Virus record (IMG/VR): IMGVR_UViG_3300045988_158059
Coordinates: 1 to 64,000 of that record
Origin: a virus
Reading direction: 5' to 3' (one strand)
Length of the DNA stretch: 64,000 nucleotides
Part shown: positions 47,409-57,997 of the stretch, in pieces
How positions within the stretch are numbered: position 1 is the first letter of the stretch
How the letters are laid out: each line of letters opens with the position of its first letter
Program-made: the position numbers and the translations under genes
Notes under the pieces: model-generated
The model's database searches: none
What the model saw: only the letters and a program-made list of their open reading frames with translations
What the model was told of the DNA's origin: nothing

Positions 47409-49409
47409 TTAATTTAATTTGTTTTTGTATTCTTCTTCACTGATAATAGGAATGTTCAACTCAGAAGCTTTCTTATTTTTACTAGATCCACTGTTTTTAT
47501 CATTGGTAATTAGATAATCAGTTGCCTTTGTAACTCCGGACACAACTTTCCCTCCTTTTGATTCTATATCCGCCACAAGTTCATCCCGGTTAGCAAAAAT
47601 ATGTAACTTCCCAGTGATACAGAATTTCTTTCCGGACAATGAATCGCTTTCAGAAGATATTTTATCATTATTAAGTTTCGAAAATATGAACTGTTCTGCC
47701 AAAGCAATAACGTAATCATAATTTTCCTTAAAATATCTATGGATAGAAATATTTCGCTCCGTCCCTAATCCTTCAATACAGGTAAAATTAAAATCAGAAG
47801 CAGCATCTTTAATAAATGTTTCAAATGGATAGAGCATTCCTAATTCCCTGGTTCTTATTTCTTCATATCTAGCAATATCCTTTGCAGCTCTACCACCAAT
47901 TAACGGAATATTTAATCCTACAATAAATTTTTCTATGGTAGTATTCCTGCTAAACTCAATAGAATCTAAAATATTCGCAATTTTCTTTGCTCCCATTCTA
48001 GGTAATCTGGACAATTCTGTAGAATGATCCTTCAAATAATACAGATCAATTGGTGATGTCACAAGCCCAGTATCAATCAATAGCTGCAATGTAGCCTCAG
48101 ATAATCCATTAATATCATGGGCCTTTTTTCCTACAAAAGCATTTAATTCACCCAGAAGCTTGCCTTTGCATCCAGCATTCATGCACATCAATACTTCAGA
48201 ATCGTTCTCTTTTACGACAGACACTGGTTCTCCACAGATTGGACATATTTTAGGAATTATAAACTTTTCACCGGTATTATAACCTCTTGTTATGTTTTGA
48301 GAAATCTGCGGAATGATCTGGTTTGCCTTATACACAGATACGGTATCATCTTTATGAAGATAAAATCCTTTGAATATACTCACATTGTGTAGGCTCGCTC
48401 TACTTACAGATGTTCCGTCAATATCAACCGGTTCAAAGACTGCTGTAGGCGTTAATTGTCCAGATTTACCCATAGTCCATTCAATATCAGTCAAAACTGT
48501 CTCAAATTCATCATCATAGAACTTGTATGCCAGAGAATGACGTGGATACTTATCTGTGACTCCAAGTGATAATCCATAAGCGATATCATTATATGCAGCA
48601 ACAAGCCCATCAATTGGATAAGATAAGTATGCTGCCTTTTCCTTTAACAGATTAATAAGCTCTTCAAGATTCTGATTTTCTTTATATACACGAATATAGG
48701 GTACAATATCAAATCCAAGTTCTCTTGCTTTTTCAAATCTTGCTGACATTAAAGGTAGCTCGTCCATACCGGCAGGTACCTTCCATACTATAAAACGAAC
48801 ATGACGTTTGGCTGCTACCTTACTATCTAGCTGTCTGACTGATCCTGAAGCAAGATTTCGCGGGTTCTTATATCTATCTTCTTCATGTTTAATTAAATTA
48901 TTAATTTTCTCAAAATCTGTATATGTAATAATAGCTTCTCCTTCGATTTCAACGTGGCCTTTCTGATTAATATGCATAGGAATATTTTCGAACGCCTTTG
49001 CATTGTGAGTAATAATTTCTCCTGTAACGCCGTTTCCGCGAGTTTCAGCCTGGATCAGCTCGCAATCTTCATACGTCAAAAGAATTGTCAATCCATCCAT
49101 CTTACACATTAGCAAAGCATCTTTATCACCAATAAATTTTCGAAGTATATTCACATCTTTAGTTTTATCAAGAGACATCATTAAATGTGAATGCTCAGTT
49201 TTCTCTAATTTACTTTTTACTTCATATCCGACGCTATGGACTGGAGAATTACTTAAAATAACTCCTGTTTCTTTTTCCATTTTTTCCAACTGATCACACA
49301 GATCATCATACTGATGATCCGTAACAATACTCTCTGCATTATTATAATAAGCATCTCGGTACTGATTAAGTTTTTCAACCAATGCTTTCATTTCTTCAAT
49401 CTTGTTCAT
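47409..49409 (-). CDS. ligA: NAD+-dependent DNA ligase
   Basis: KMDGLTI is the KxDG adenylation motif. Also a CPICGEP...C..AGCKG Zn finger, an HhH region and a C-terminal BRCT-like KKFCITGKL. Confidence 0.85.
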   Translation of the reverse strand: MNKIEEMKALVEKLNQYRDAYYNNAESIVTDHQYDDLCDQLEKMEKETGVILSNSPVHSVGYEVKSKLEKTEHSHLMMSLDKTKDVNILRKFIGDKDALLMCKMDGLTILLTYEDCELIQAETRGNGVTGEIITHNAKAFENIPMHINQKGHVEIEGEAIITYTDFEKINNLIKHEEDRYKNPRNLASGSVRQLDSKVAAKRHVRFIVWKVPAGMDELPLMSARFEKARELGFDIVPYIRVYKENQNLEELINLLKEKAAYLSYPIDGLVAAYNDIAYGLSLGVTDKYPRHSLAYKFYDDEFETVLTDIEWTMGKSGQLTPTAVFEPVDIDGTSVSRASLHNVSIFKGFYLHKDDTVSVYKANQIIPQISQNITRGYNTGEKFIIPKICPICGEPVSVVKENDSEVLMCMNAGCKGKLLGELNAFVGKKAHDINGLSEATLQLLIDTGLVTSPIDLYYLKDHSTELSRLPRMGAKKIANILDSIEFSRNTTIEKFIVGLNIPLIGGRAAKDIARYEEIRTRELGMLYPFETFIKDAASDFNFTCIEGLGTERNISIHRYFKENYDYVIALAEQFIFSKLNNDKISSESDSLSGKKFCITGKLHIFANRDELVADIESKGGKVVSGVTKATDYLITNDKNSGSSKNKKASELNIPIISEEEYKNKLN

Positions 49410-49433
49410 TTTTTCCTCCTGTATTATGTATAA

Positions 49434-49769
49434 TTAAATCGTCAAAATATCAAAATGTACTGACCAATGATCACACATCATATCAATTGTTGCATCCGCG
49501 ATATCGTTAACGCACTCGTCATCACATTTGACTGAATCAAACTGAGAAATATCAATATAATGCTCTGCTGTTCCCTCTTCAAAAGTGATAATATTATCAT
49601 TTACTGTAATATTAACTGGATTCAACTGCATATGAGATATTATTGCAGATTCTTTTTCTCCTACAGAGAAATGTACCGCAACAGTTTTATTGTCATATGC
49701 TGCTTTTTCAAACATAATATCGATTTTCTGAGCTACTTTACTTGCATTCTTTACAAATTCTCTAACCAT
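49434..49769 (-). CDS. hypothetical protein
   Basis: 111 aa ORF. Confidence 0.4.
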   Translation of the reverse strand: MVREFVKNASKVAQKIDIMFEKAAYDNKTVAVHFSVGEKESAIISHMQLNPVNITVNDNIITFEEGTAEHYIDISQFDSVKCDDECVNDIADATIDMMCDHWSVHFDILTI

Positions 49770-49842
49770 TTTTTTGTTCCTCGTAATAAATTTGATTTTA
49801 ATGAAAGTTAATTTAACTTGTTACTTTATTTAAACATGGCGA

Positions 49843-50754
49843 CTATATTAAATAGTCACCATATTTTTTAAGAAAATACGCAGGTCTTTTAATTTTTATT
49901 CCATACTGGTGTTCAATCATAGACCGAGTTTCAATATCATATAAAATCTTGTTTTTATTTAAATTATATTTTCGGATTAATTCATTTGCCATATTGATTT
50001 GGCCGGAGATATTGATTTTTTCAGCAGTCATATATGATACATCTATGGACTTCAACGCTGCTGCTAATGAATTATACATTTGTCTCCCAAGACAATGCGG
50101 ATCATCTTTTACAATATGAGATCTTTTTATAATGGTTCCATCGTCCATAAGTTTGGATTTAGTTCCATATGGATATGTTAATTCCATTGTCATATTGCTC
50201 TTTTGTGCAGTTAAAATTAATGCTTCACTTACATTTACAACTCTTCCGGAATACAATTTCATTGTATGATTTTCTACGTCAATATCATCAAGTTTTGCTC
50301 TAATCGTGTCTTCAAAATCTTTAGACTTGCCATATTCAAAAATGCTCAGAATCATGAATCGATCTCTAGGATTCTTTAATGCTTCGATCCATGTTAAAAT
50401 CGTATCTCTTGATACAATCTGATGATTTAACAATGTCTTATTTAATAGTGCTGCCAGCATATCAGGTGTGATAGTTGCATAGATATTTTGTCCATTTAAC
50501 ACTAAATTCTCATTAACACACCAGTCCGTATATTGTGTAAGAGTATTATTTACTACAATAATGGACTCTAATGTTGTAAATTTGAACAACTTATACATTT
50601 CTGTAATCTCATTTAAATTAAAGTCACATAAATCCTTTTGATACATATGTTCAAACGGCGCAACTCTCTTAAATCTAGGTACAAGAGGAGTAACGCTTGC
50701 AACAGTTTTTAACTTAAATTCGTAAAACCTTTGTTTTCTATCTTCGTTATACAT
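49843..50754 (-). CDS. tyrosine-recombinase-like protein (degenerate?)
   Basis: PRDRFMILSIFEYGKSKDFEDTIRAKLDDID resembles recombinase box I (RDRALLELLY.TGLR.SEL..L...DID). HCLGRQMYNSLAAALKS resembles box II (HxLRHTFAT). The terminal catalytic Tyr context is unclear. Confidence 0.35.
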   Translation of the reverse strand: MYNEDRKQRFYEFKLKTVASVTPLVPRFKRVAPFEHMYQKDLCDFNLNEITEMYKLFKFTTLESIIVVNNTLTQYTDWCVNENLVLNGQNIYATITPDMLAALLNKTLLNHQIVSRDTILTWIEALKNPRDRFMILSIFEYGKSKDFEDTIRAKLDDIDVENHTMKLYSGRVVNVSEALILTAQKSNMTMELTYPYGTKSKLMDDGTIIKRSHIVKDDPHCLGRQMYNSLAAALKSIDVSYMTAEKINISGQINMANELIRKYNLNKNKILYDIETRSMIEHQYGIKIKRPAYFLKKYGDYLI

Positions 50755-52035
50755 TTATATTCTCTCCTCTAAAAAAGGAATTAATCTTTTCCTTATCTTA
50801 TTAAAGTTTCTCGAAAAATCATATATTATTTTTTCCTCACGTTCCGCATCATAAATAAGAAAACGCTTATAGTTCTCTATCATTGATATTTTATTTTTTC
50901 CATCATAATAATGAAATAAAATCGTAAGAATTATAATTTCTTTCTTTGAATATTCTTTTTCAAGATACTTATCATCTTCTTCTGTAAGCATATTCAGATC
51001 TTCGATAAATTCCTTTGATACTCTAATGATTTCTTTTCGTTGCTCAGGAGAATCACTTTGCCTTTTACTGAAATATAATCTCTTAATACATTCTGCCAGA
51101 GTTGTTGAATCAATAAGCCCGCCTATTTTTATTTCCCCTTGCAAATTACACATACTGCTTTCATTAATACGCTGGACCACTTTATTCTGAGCTGCATATG
51201 AGTTATATGTGTCGCTTAACTGTTTGCTCATTTTAGTTTTCTGGTCATACTGATATATCATACGGCGAGATTTATCAATGTCAAAGTTTGTAATTCTCAG
51301 CTCCATTGGATAGTTAAAATTTGGATTTTTACTTCTGGCCTGGAACATTGATACATATCTATGATATCCATCGTTTATATCAAACGCCTCTAAAGAATGA
51401 ATAATAAGCTGACGTGATTGCTCATCATAATGAAAATCTGCGTATACATCATCTTTCGGGATATTCAAAGTGATTGTATCCGGAACATAAATATGTTCAA
51501 GCATATCTGCCGTAATTTCTTTTACTGCACTCTTATTCAATGTAATACGATATAGCTCATTATTATCTCGTGTTACTTTAGTCATAGCACGTTGTGTGAC
51601 AGGATTATAGTTAATTAATCCTGATTCTTGCAGAGCGCAAAATGTATCTACATTTAAAGATCCTATCCATTGATCATCGCTTACCTGAATCATATTGAAC
51701 ACCAACGGGAATTCAATTTTATTTGGTTCTTCGTATTGCATCCCACTATATTTACTTATTTCTCTGTCTGTAAAAAAGTCAGATAACTTTTTGCGATAAT
51801 CTTTCTTAGTGGCATTTAATATACTATCTGCAATTACAAAAAGTGTATAATCATTTGCTTCTTCAATACTCTTTCTACTAGATAAAAAATCTGAAAAAAT
51901 GCCTTTGGGATAATTATATTTCTCATATGCATAATTGTAAATTTCTAGCTCGTCACTCTTATTAATTAAGATATTAAAAAACTTTTTGGATAAATAATCT
52001 TCTAAAATACTTCTATCGACATTCATTTTTCTCAC
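50755..52035 (-). CDS. hypothetical protein with DndB/DGQHR-like motifs
   Basis: NPVTQRA and DGYHRY resemble the QR and DGQHR motifs of DndB/DpdB-like proteins. Weak. Confidence 0.3.
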   Translation of the reverse strand: MRKMNVDRSILEDYLSKKFFNILINKSDELEIYNYAYEKYNYPKGIFSDFLSSRKSIEEANDYTLFVIADSILNATKKDYRKKLSDFFTDREISKYSGMQYEEPNKIEFPLVFNMIQVSDDQWIGSLNVDTFCALQESGLINYNPVTQRAMTKVTRDNNELYRITLNKSAVKEITADMLEHIYVPDTITLNIPKDDVYADFHYDEQSRQLIIHSLEAFDINDGYHRYVSMFQARSKNPNFNYPMELRITNFDIDKSRRMIYQYDQKTKMSKQLSDTYNSYAAQNKVVQRINESSMCNLQGEIKIGGLIDSTTLAECIKRLYFSKRQSDSPEQRKEIIRVSKEFIEDLNMLTEEDDKYLEKEYSKKEIIILTILFHYYDGKNKISMIENYKRFLIYDAEREEKIIYDFSRNFNKIRKRLIPFLEERI

Positions 52036-52073
52036 CTCTTTCCTCAGATTATATCACGCAAAGTTAATTTTGT

Positions 52074-53102
52074 CTATATTTTTGATGATAAATTTTTCGA
52101 CATGAACTCCGTTGCTTCCTTTCTTGAGTTATTTTCTTCAACTGTATAAATACTGGTTGTCTGTATATCTGCATGCCCTACGGCATTTTTCGTAGCAACG
52201 ATATCTTTTGTTTCCTTATAATATAATGAAGCAAAAGCAGCTCTTAACTTATGCGGAGACACATGTTTACCAATTCCTTTCTCGGCATATTTGACTACCA
52301 TACAATAGATTGTTTGTGGATCCATACGTTTTCCATTTTTTGATATAAAAAGAGCATCCTCTTTAATCCCCATATTATATAGTATTTTATCTCGATCAAG
52401 GATCCAATCTCTTAATACACGTATGGAATCATCATTTAATTGATATACCTGTTCTTTATCTCGCTTGTCGATAATAGTCAAATTGTGAGTCTCAAAATTT
52501 AAATCACTTAAGTTAATTTCGCTTAATGCAGTTTTTCTCATGCCGGTAACCATAAATAAATATAATATAGCATAATCTCTTGAATGCCATTCTTTTGGCA
52601 TGTAAGAATATTTTACGGCGCCCAATATTCCATTTAAATCATCCATTGATAAAAACACTCTTTTAATCGAGTCTTTTCTAATAGGCCGATTTACATTGTC
52701 CATCGGATTCCTTTCAATATCTCCTCTCCGATACAAAAAATCAAAAAACCTATTTAATGTGCAACATACCAATTTAGTATATGCCACAGACGACTTTTTA
52801 ATTTCACCATTACCATCTTTTACGTATTTAATATGCTCCAGATACCTTGCGATATCATCTGCGTCAATTTCGCTTATATCTTCTACATCTATATAATCTA
52901 AGAAATGATGAAGTTTTCTAACGTAATTTAAACAAGTATTCGGGCTGCGAACAGCCTGAATACTCATATAAAAATCACTCACGCATTGTGGCATATCATT
53001 AAGAATTTTCTTAACATTCTTATTTAATTTTAATTCATGCTCCAACCTTCCATTCATAACTTCATTCTCCTCTCTAACATAATTCCAGCTTGTTGATACC
53101 AT
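52074..53102 (-). CDS. tyrosine recombinase / integrase (XerD family)
   Basis: C-terminal HKLRAAFASLYY....VGHADIQTTSIYTV matches box II with the catalytic Tyr. N-terminal SAM-like core-binding domain. Confidence 0.85.
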   Translation of the reverse strand: MVSTSWNYVREENEVMNGRLEHELKLNKNVKKILNDMPQCVSDFYMSIQAVRSPNTCLNYVRKLHHFLDYIDVEDISEIDADDIARYLEHIKYVKDGNGEIKKSSVAYTKLVCCTLNRFFDFLYRRGDIERNPMDNVNRPIRKDSIKRVFLSMDDLNGILGAVKYSYMPKEWHSRDYAILYLFMVTGMRKTALSEINLSDLNFETHNLTIIDKRDKEQVYQLNDDSIRVLRDWILDRDKILYNMGIKEDALFISKNGKRMDPQTIYCMVVKYAEKGIGKHVSPHKLRAAFASLYYKETKDIVATKNAVGHADIQTTSIYTVEENNSRKEATEFMSKNLSSKI

Positions 53103-53887
53103 GGCAGTATCACACTACAATATTCTTTGACTTTCCATGAATACCATTCTCCAATCCCCATAAACAAAAGTAATCCAATTGCTGAAATAAGTCCTTTGTT
53201 CACCACAATACATAATAATAAACATGGCACTACCCATAACCAATTCGTAGAAAAGTTGCACCATCTTACTAGCCATTTTTCGCTCATACGATCAAAACTC
53301 GTAATTTCATCTGGAGTCAAAGAAGTCTGTGGTGGGTTTGCTTTTGCTCTCCTTTTAACAAGTTCTGCTCCTCCGACATTTTTTTCTCCTGGTTTTATAT
53401 ACTTATTATATTCTTCTGTTATTTTTGATGCTGCTCTTTCTTGTGGTGTCTTTCTTACTTCCGGTATACTCCAAAAAATCATTTCTATTACTTCGATTGG
53501 ATATTCAGGATATAATATGGCTAAAGAAAATCCATTGTCCATTAAATAATATAGAAAACTTACCATTTTTTCTGATTCTGTAAAATCATCCATTTTATAT
53601 CTTGGATCATATGGTGCTACAGCTGAAGAATTGTAAATACGTTCCCTATTTTTAAATTCTTCATATCTTTTTTCAATGTCATTAACACAACGCATATAAA
53701 ATTCTCCAGTAGTAAGCCTTTCTACCTCCACTTTTTCAAATTTTATATTATTTCCATAGACAATGTATTCCTCATCTCTTTCTTCGGGTGTTAAATCATC
53801 ATAAAATTTCTTTGCTTTCTCAATGAGTTGCTTAGGAGTTAGAGCATATCCCTTATATGCTCTGGCTTCTTCTTTTGTTAATCTCAT
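53054..53887 (-). CDS. hypothetical protein with C-terminal TM segment
   Basis: 277 aa ORF; hydrophobic C-terminus. Confidence 0.4.
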   Translation of the reverse strand: MRLTKEEARAYKGYALTPKQLIEKAKKFYDDLTPEERDEEYIVYGNNIKFEKVEVERLTTGEFYMRCVNDIEKRYEEFKNRERIYNSSAVAPYDPRYKMDDFTESEKMVSFLYYLMDNGFSLAILYPEYPIEVIEMIFWSIPEVRKTPQERAASKITEEYNKYIKPGEKNVGGAELVKRRAKANPPQTSLTPDEITSFDRMSEKWLVRWCNFSTNWLWVVPCLLLCIVVNKGLISAIGLLLFMGIGEWYSWKVKEYCSVILPWYQQAGIMLERRMKL

Positions 53888-54375
53888 TTTAAAATCACCT
53901 TACCCCTTTCTAAACAAGTATATCTAATATAATAAGTTTTACCATTTTTAGTAACTATTCCCCAATTACGAATTGGAACCCCCGTGTCTATCATCTTCTT
54001 CAATTTCTCAATTCGCCTTCTGTCAAAACACCATTCAATCATGTAAGAATTAAAGTTCTCAATAAATTCTTCTTTATCAAAAACAAGAACTCCATTTTTT
54101 AAATATGATATGGTCTCTTCTTTTGAGTTACCGTCCTCCATAATTATTTTAAAGTCAGTTAATGGTTTTTCCTCTATTATTTCACCTTCTAATGTTTTAT
54201 AAGACTGCTTATATGTATATTCTGTAAATTTTTGTATTTTATTACAAATCGGACAATACAAATCTTTAATATGCCCCTTTTCTCTCTGTTGTCCAATTTT
54301 TCTTGGGATAGGAAACTCAAGTCCACATTCTGGGCATATAAAATTTGATATAGTGCTTCGTTTCTTTTTAGACAT
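53884..54375 (-). CDS. hypothetical Zn-ribbon protein
   Basis: CPECG ... CPICN. ATG-over-stop overlap with the upstream gene. Confidence 0.4.
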   Translation of the reverse strand: MSKKKRSTISNFICPECGLEFPIPRKIGQQREKGHIKDLYCPICNKIQKFTEYTYKQSYKTLEGEIIEEKPLTDFKIIMEDGNSKEETISYLKNGVLVFDKEEFIENFNSYMIEWCFDRRRIEKLKKMIDTGVPIRNWGIVTKNGKTYYIRYTCLERGKVILK

Positions 54376-54390
54376 TTTAATACTTCCTCC

Positions 54391-54963
54391 TTATGCTGCA
54401 AATCCAAATTCTGATAAATTAATTGTTTCTTTTCGAGGTAAATAATCTGATCCACATGAATCACATATTTTTTTGACTTCCTGATCACTTAATATCTTGA
54501 TTACTTTCATTTCTCCGGCAATGATCCATTCTCCAGTCATTACAGGAGATGTTTTATACCGGTAAAATCCATGTTTTGGAATATAATCTAAGTCAGCTTT
54601 TATATAATTAAATTTTCCAGATTCAGAAATCCCATTTGATTCTGCTTCTTCACAGTAATCATGATCAATACAATATTCAACCATAGCCCATACAGTATCC
54701 GGCCGCATATAAGTAATCTTGCCATTTACCTTTTGCCCTATATGTGAGACATACGGAGCTGCATCATTAATATGAAAGCCAGGACGATATCTCAATGGCC
54801 CAAGTTTGCTTTTTACCTTTCCATTTTCTAATCTTTCTCCTGGTTCTGCACTAATCCATTCTCCAATTGGAATATTCGTATTTGCATTTACATACAGAGG
54901 AAATAGTTTCCCCGGATATTTTTTAGATACCCTAAAAAGCTTATAACCAATTACTGTTTTCAT
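54391..54963 (-). CDS. hypothetical protein
   Basis: 190 aa ORF. Confidence 0.4.
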   Translation of the reverse strand: MKTVIGYKLFRVSKKYPGKLFPLYVNANTNIPIGEWISAEPGERLENGKVKSKLGPLRYRPGFHINDAAPYVSHIGQKVNGKITYMRPDTVWAMVEYCIDHDYCEEAESNGISESGKFNYIKADLDYIPKHGFYRYKTSPVMTGEWIIAGEMKVIKILSDQEVKKICDSCGSDYLPRKETINLSEFGFAA

Positions 54964-55019
54964 TATACCACTCCTCTTTTACGTTTTCAATATTTTATTA
55001 ATCATGTATAATTAAATTT

Positions 55020-55682
55020 TTATTTCAGTTTTTCATTGATATATTTTGTTTTACTTCTTACATAACATTTATGGCATGTAAGGCAGCTCTTTGCCCCGCA
55101 ATTAATATTTACATCGCGCGCGTTGATATAATTTTTATCATATACTGTAAAGATCTTATCAATAAAATCATATCCAGGATCTGCTTGATCATTAATGCAA
55201 GGGCTACTATATATAATCTGTAAGTTACTTGGCTTTTTTTCGCTGGCTTCTAACGCTTCTTCAATAATCCAAGGATTTTTTGTCCATAAAGCAAAGTGCA
55301 CATGTTTATTCTTTTTACAGATATGAAAATAATTAATCACTTGTGTAACATTAATTAAATCACCAAAACTCTCGAATCTAAAAAAGGAAGCATTGATTAT
55401 TGGAATCTCTGCTTCCTTTAATATCCTACCAGTTAAAATTTTTGTATTTCGCTCTAAACATGCATTCAAATTTTTATACATTTTCATTTGTCTTTGTGCA
55501 TAACAATGTGAACACACCAGTTCAGAATTGCTTGATCGATTCTTGCAATATTCATTACACAAGCAGCTAGTTGATAAACTCTGCATTCCTTCCATTTTCC
55601 CTGAATGATTTACAGTATAATGAACTCCAGTTACCTTTTCAGCCTCTACTACTGTTAAAAATTTTTCTCTTACTGTTTTCAT
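55020..55682 (-). CDS. hypothetical Cys-rich protein
   Basis: Multiple CxxC-like pairs (CLCNEYC, CSHC, CLTCHKC). Confidence 0.4.
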   Translation of the reverse strand: MKTVREKFLTVVEAEKVTGVHYTVNHSGKMEGMQSLSTSCLCNEYCKNRSSNSELVCSHCYAQRQMKMYKNLNACLERNTKILTGRILKEAEIPIINASFFRFESFGDLINVTQVINYFHICKKNKHVHFALWTKNPWIIEEALEASEKKPSNLQIIYSSPCINDQADPGYDFIDKIFTVYDKNYINARDVNINCGAKSCLTCHKCYVRSKTKYINEKLK

Positions 55683-55788
55683 TTTATCAGCTCCTATAGT
55701 ATTATATTGTTATTGTATTATATTTTTGCAATATAAAAGAGGCAGCTCTTAGCCACCTCTTTTATCGTTCTTTTATAACCCCAAAATC

Positions 55789-56052
55789 TTATCTCCGTGT
55801 AATTTCTCTGCTACATTTCATCAAATACTGATCAAATTCCATACCAGTAAATTCAAAGAACATTTCTTTTACCGCTTGTTTGTCACTACTTTTATGATAA
55901 ATATTGAATATGTCTTGAGCCATACCAGATATTTCAAAATCCTGCTCGTCCATTATATCTTTTAAAATAGTGTCAGCATCAACAATTTGACCATCCGGAG
56001 TGTTTGTATTCAATTCTTCTACATATTTAAGCAATTGTTCCATAACATACAC
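55789..56052 (-). CDS. hypothetical small protein
   Basis: 87 aa ORF in the small-gene cluster. Confidence 0.35.
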   Translation of the reverse strand: MYVMEQLLKYVEELNTNTPDGQIVDADTILKDIMDEQDFEISGMAQDIFNIYHKSSDKQAVKEMFFEFTGMEFDQYLMKCSREITRR

Positions 56053-56063
56053 CTCATTCTTTC

Positions 56064-56297
56064 TTAATCCGAAACAATCTCGATATCATAATAAAAATCT
56101 TCCCACTGCCATCCGTATTCATCACAAATAGCATCCATAAGGTCTACTGGTGATTCAAACTCCACATTGTTTGTTTTCTGATAATTTTTAATTACTTCTG
56201 TAACATGTTCTTTACTATCGTCAGATATAATAATCATGTTCCATGATTCAAATTCCTCATTAAATTTCCATTTAATACTTAAAGAATACTTGTTCAT
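56064..56297 (-). CDS. hypothetical small acidic protein
   Basis: 77 aa ORF. Confidence 0.35.
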   Translation of the reverse strand: MNKYSLSIKWKFNEEFESWNMIIISDDSKEHVTEVIKNYQKTNNVEFESPVDLMDAICDEYGWQWEDFYYDIEIVSD

Positions 56298-56326
56298 ACT
56301 TTTACCTCCTTAAAAGCAATTCAATC

Positions 56327-56554
56327 TCATAACACTACCCATAGATTTCTACCATAATATTCTTTTCTTATATGATGAATATCATTGTCAATTTTCGATA
56401 ACTCAATCTTTTCAAAAGTTACATTTTTACAGCCATCCATAGTTCTGTTTCCAAATCTATTTTTAGTACATTCAATTCCATTTGATGATTCCTCAACCAT
56501 AACAGAAGTCACTTTTCGTAAATGTTTGATTTTTTGTGTTTCTTCATACGTCAT
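56327..56554 (-). CDS. hypothetical small protein
   Basis: 75 aa ORF. Confidence 0.35.
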   Translation of the reverse strand: MTYEETQKIKHLRKVTSVMVEESSNGIECTKNRFGNRTMDGCKNVTFEKIELSKIDNDIHHIRKEYYGRNLWVVL

Positions 56555-56588
56555 ATTATTTACATCCTTTACAATGAAAGCAATTTTT

Positions 56589-56939
56589 TTATCGTGTCAT
56601 AAATACTACATTTCCGACTAATTTTTCATTTTCCATTTCTTTTATATAATTTTCAATGACGGTAATCTTAACCAAATCATCTAAATTTGTATAAATCACA
56701 ATCATTGGAATAGGTAATCCTTCGTTATCTCTTACTTTTTCTTCTAAATTTTCCATCACAAACTTACAGAAACTTATAGGATCGCACTCTGTATCATACG
56801 TCATATAAGTATCCAGATAACTTGGACAGAAGTCACCATAAGAATAAATAGTAGATTTGTTATATTTTTGAATTGCATAAGCAATTTCAGATTTCTGTTT
56901 TTCTCCTGTTACTCTAATCATCTTTTCACATCCAATCAA
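56589..56939 (-). CDS. hypothetical protein
   Basis: 116 aa ORF. Confidence 0.35.
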   Translation of the reverse strand: MIGCEKMIRVTGEKQKSEIAYAIQKYNKSTIYSYGDFCPSYLDTYMTYDTECDPISFCKFVMENLEEKVRDNEGLPIPMIVIYTNLDDLVKITVIENYIKEMENEKLVGNVVFMTR

Positions 56940-57270
56940 AAATTTATAATTTACCGTTCATAAAATTCATCATAATAAATGAAAAATTTTCTTCATATTT
57001 CTTTTTGCTCACAATACATAAAGTCATCTAATGAATCAATATGTTGTTTATTCATCTATTCCAAACGCATTGTATAAATCCGACTTTAATTCTTCTATAA
57101 CTTTTGCTTTTTCATCATATTCCTGCTTGTCAAATAATGTATATTTTTTCAGAAACACAATTTCGTCAATTATTTCTTTGATTTCGTTACGATCATACAT
57201 AAAATTTCTCCTCACAACAAATCATTGACAGTTATTCCAAATTCACACACCTTGCTTTAATTTTTCCATA

Positions 57271-57477
57271 TTAATCTCCCACACCTTCTAATTTTGCTCC
57301 GCAATTAGGACAATACTTTTCAACATCTTTAATTAAAACCTGCTCTTTACAACCTGAACATTCCATAAAACTATAAATATCATCATTAACAAACATCCAT
57401 CTTCCACCATGATTTTCTATAATCATTCTATACCCTGTGTCTTTTACTTTTGCCATTTGTAACACCATCTTTCTCAC
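57271..57477 (-). CDS. small Zn-ribbon protein
   Basis: CSGCKEQ ... CPNCGAKL. Confidence 0.4.
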   Translation of the reverse strand: MRKMVLQMAKVKDTGYRMIIENHGGRWMFVNDDIYSFMECSGCKEQVLIKDVEKYCPNCGAKLEGVGD

Positions 57478-57494
57478 AAAATGAAAGTCGAAAT

Positions 57495-57716
57495 TTATTT
57501 ATTTTCTTCGTACCACAAATCAGAAATTGCATGAGTTAATTCTATTTGCAACATCCATGTCGTATTTGCTCCAAAATCACAGCTGTAAATTTCTCTGATT
57601 CCACCCAAATCTGTCTCAGGATCAAAAAATCCAGTTTCTTCTACTTTAAGAAATTCACCATACAATTTTACTAATTCTTCTTTTGATTTTGTTTTAAAAA
57701 TATTAACGTGTCCCAT
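57495..57716 (-). CDS. hypothetical small protein
   Basis: 73 aa ORF. Confidence 0.35.
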   Translation of the reverse strand: MGHVNIFKTKSKEELVKLYGEFLKVEETGFFDPETDLGGIREIYSCDFGANTTWMLQIELTHAISDLWYEENK

Positions 57717-57792
57717 ATATCATACCTCCATTTTAATAAATTCAGTCTTTCAATTCCATTATATATACTCCAAAACATCCAGTTTTCCACAT

Positions 57793-57993
57793 CTAATCAT
57801 CCTCCTCGTTATAATCCCATCCGAATATTTCCGCAACTTCTTCTCTTATATCTTCATCAGCCCTCATAGCACTGCAGCAATTACAAACTCGAATTGTTTT
57901 CTGTACTCTTTTCCCTAATATCTTGCCATAATAAGTATATTTTGAATTAGGTGACTTAATTTCACTTGCTCCGCATAACCAACAATGTGTCAT
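57793..57993 (-). CDS. small Zn-binding protein
   Basis: CWLCG ... CNCC. Confidence 0.35.
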   Translation of the reverse strand: MTHCWLCGASEIKSPNSKYTYYGKILGKRVQKTIRVCNCCSAMRADEDIREEVAEIFGWDYNEEDD

Positions 57994-57997
57994 ATTA

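Noticed and set aside
52074-53102. Integrase as evidence that the window is an integrated prophage or genomic island
   Set aside because: No host-type flanking genes, no attachment-site-like direct repeats seen, and the surrounding content is purely phage-like. The recombinase more likely serves phage-internal functions or belongs to a small embedded element.
54189-54488. 99 aa minus-strand ORF bridging two genes
   Set aside because: It overlaps both 53884-54375 and 54391-54963 in another frame. The flanking genes have the better start contexts.
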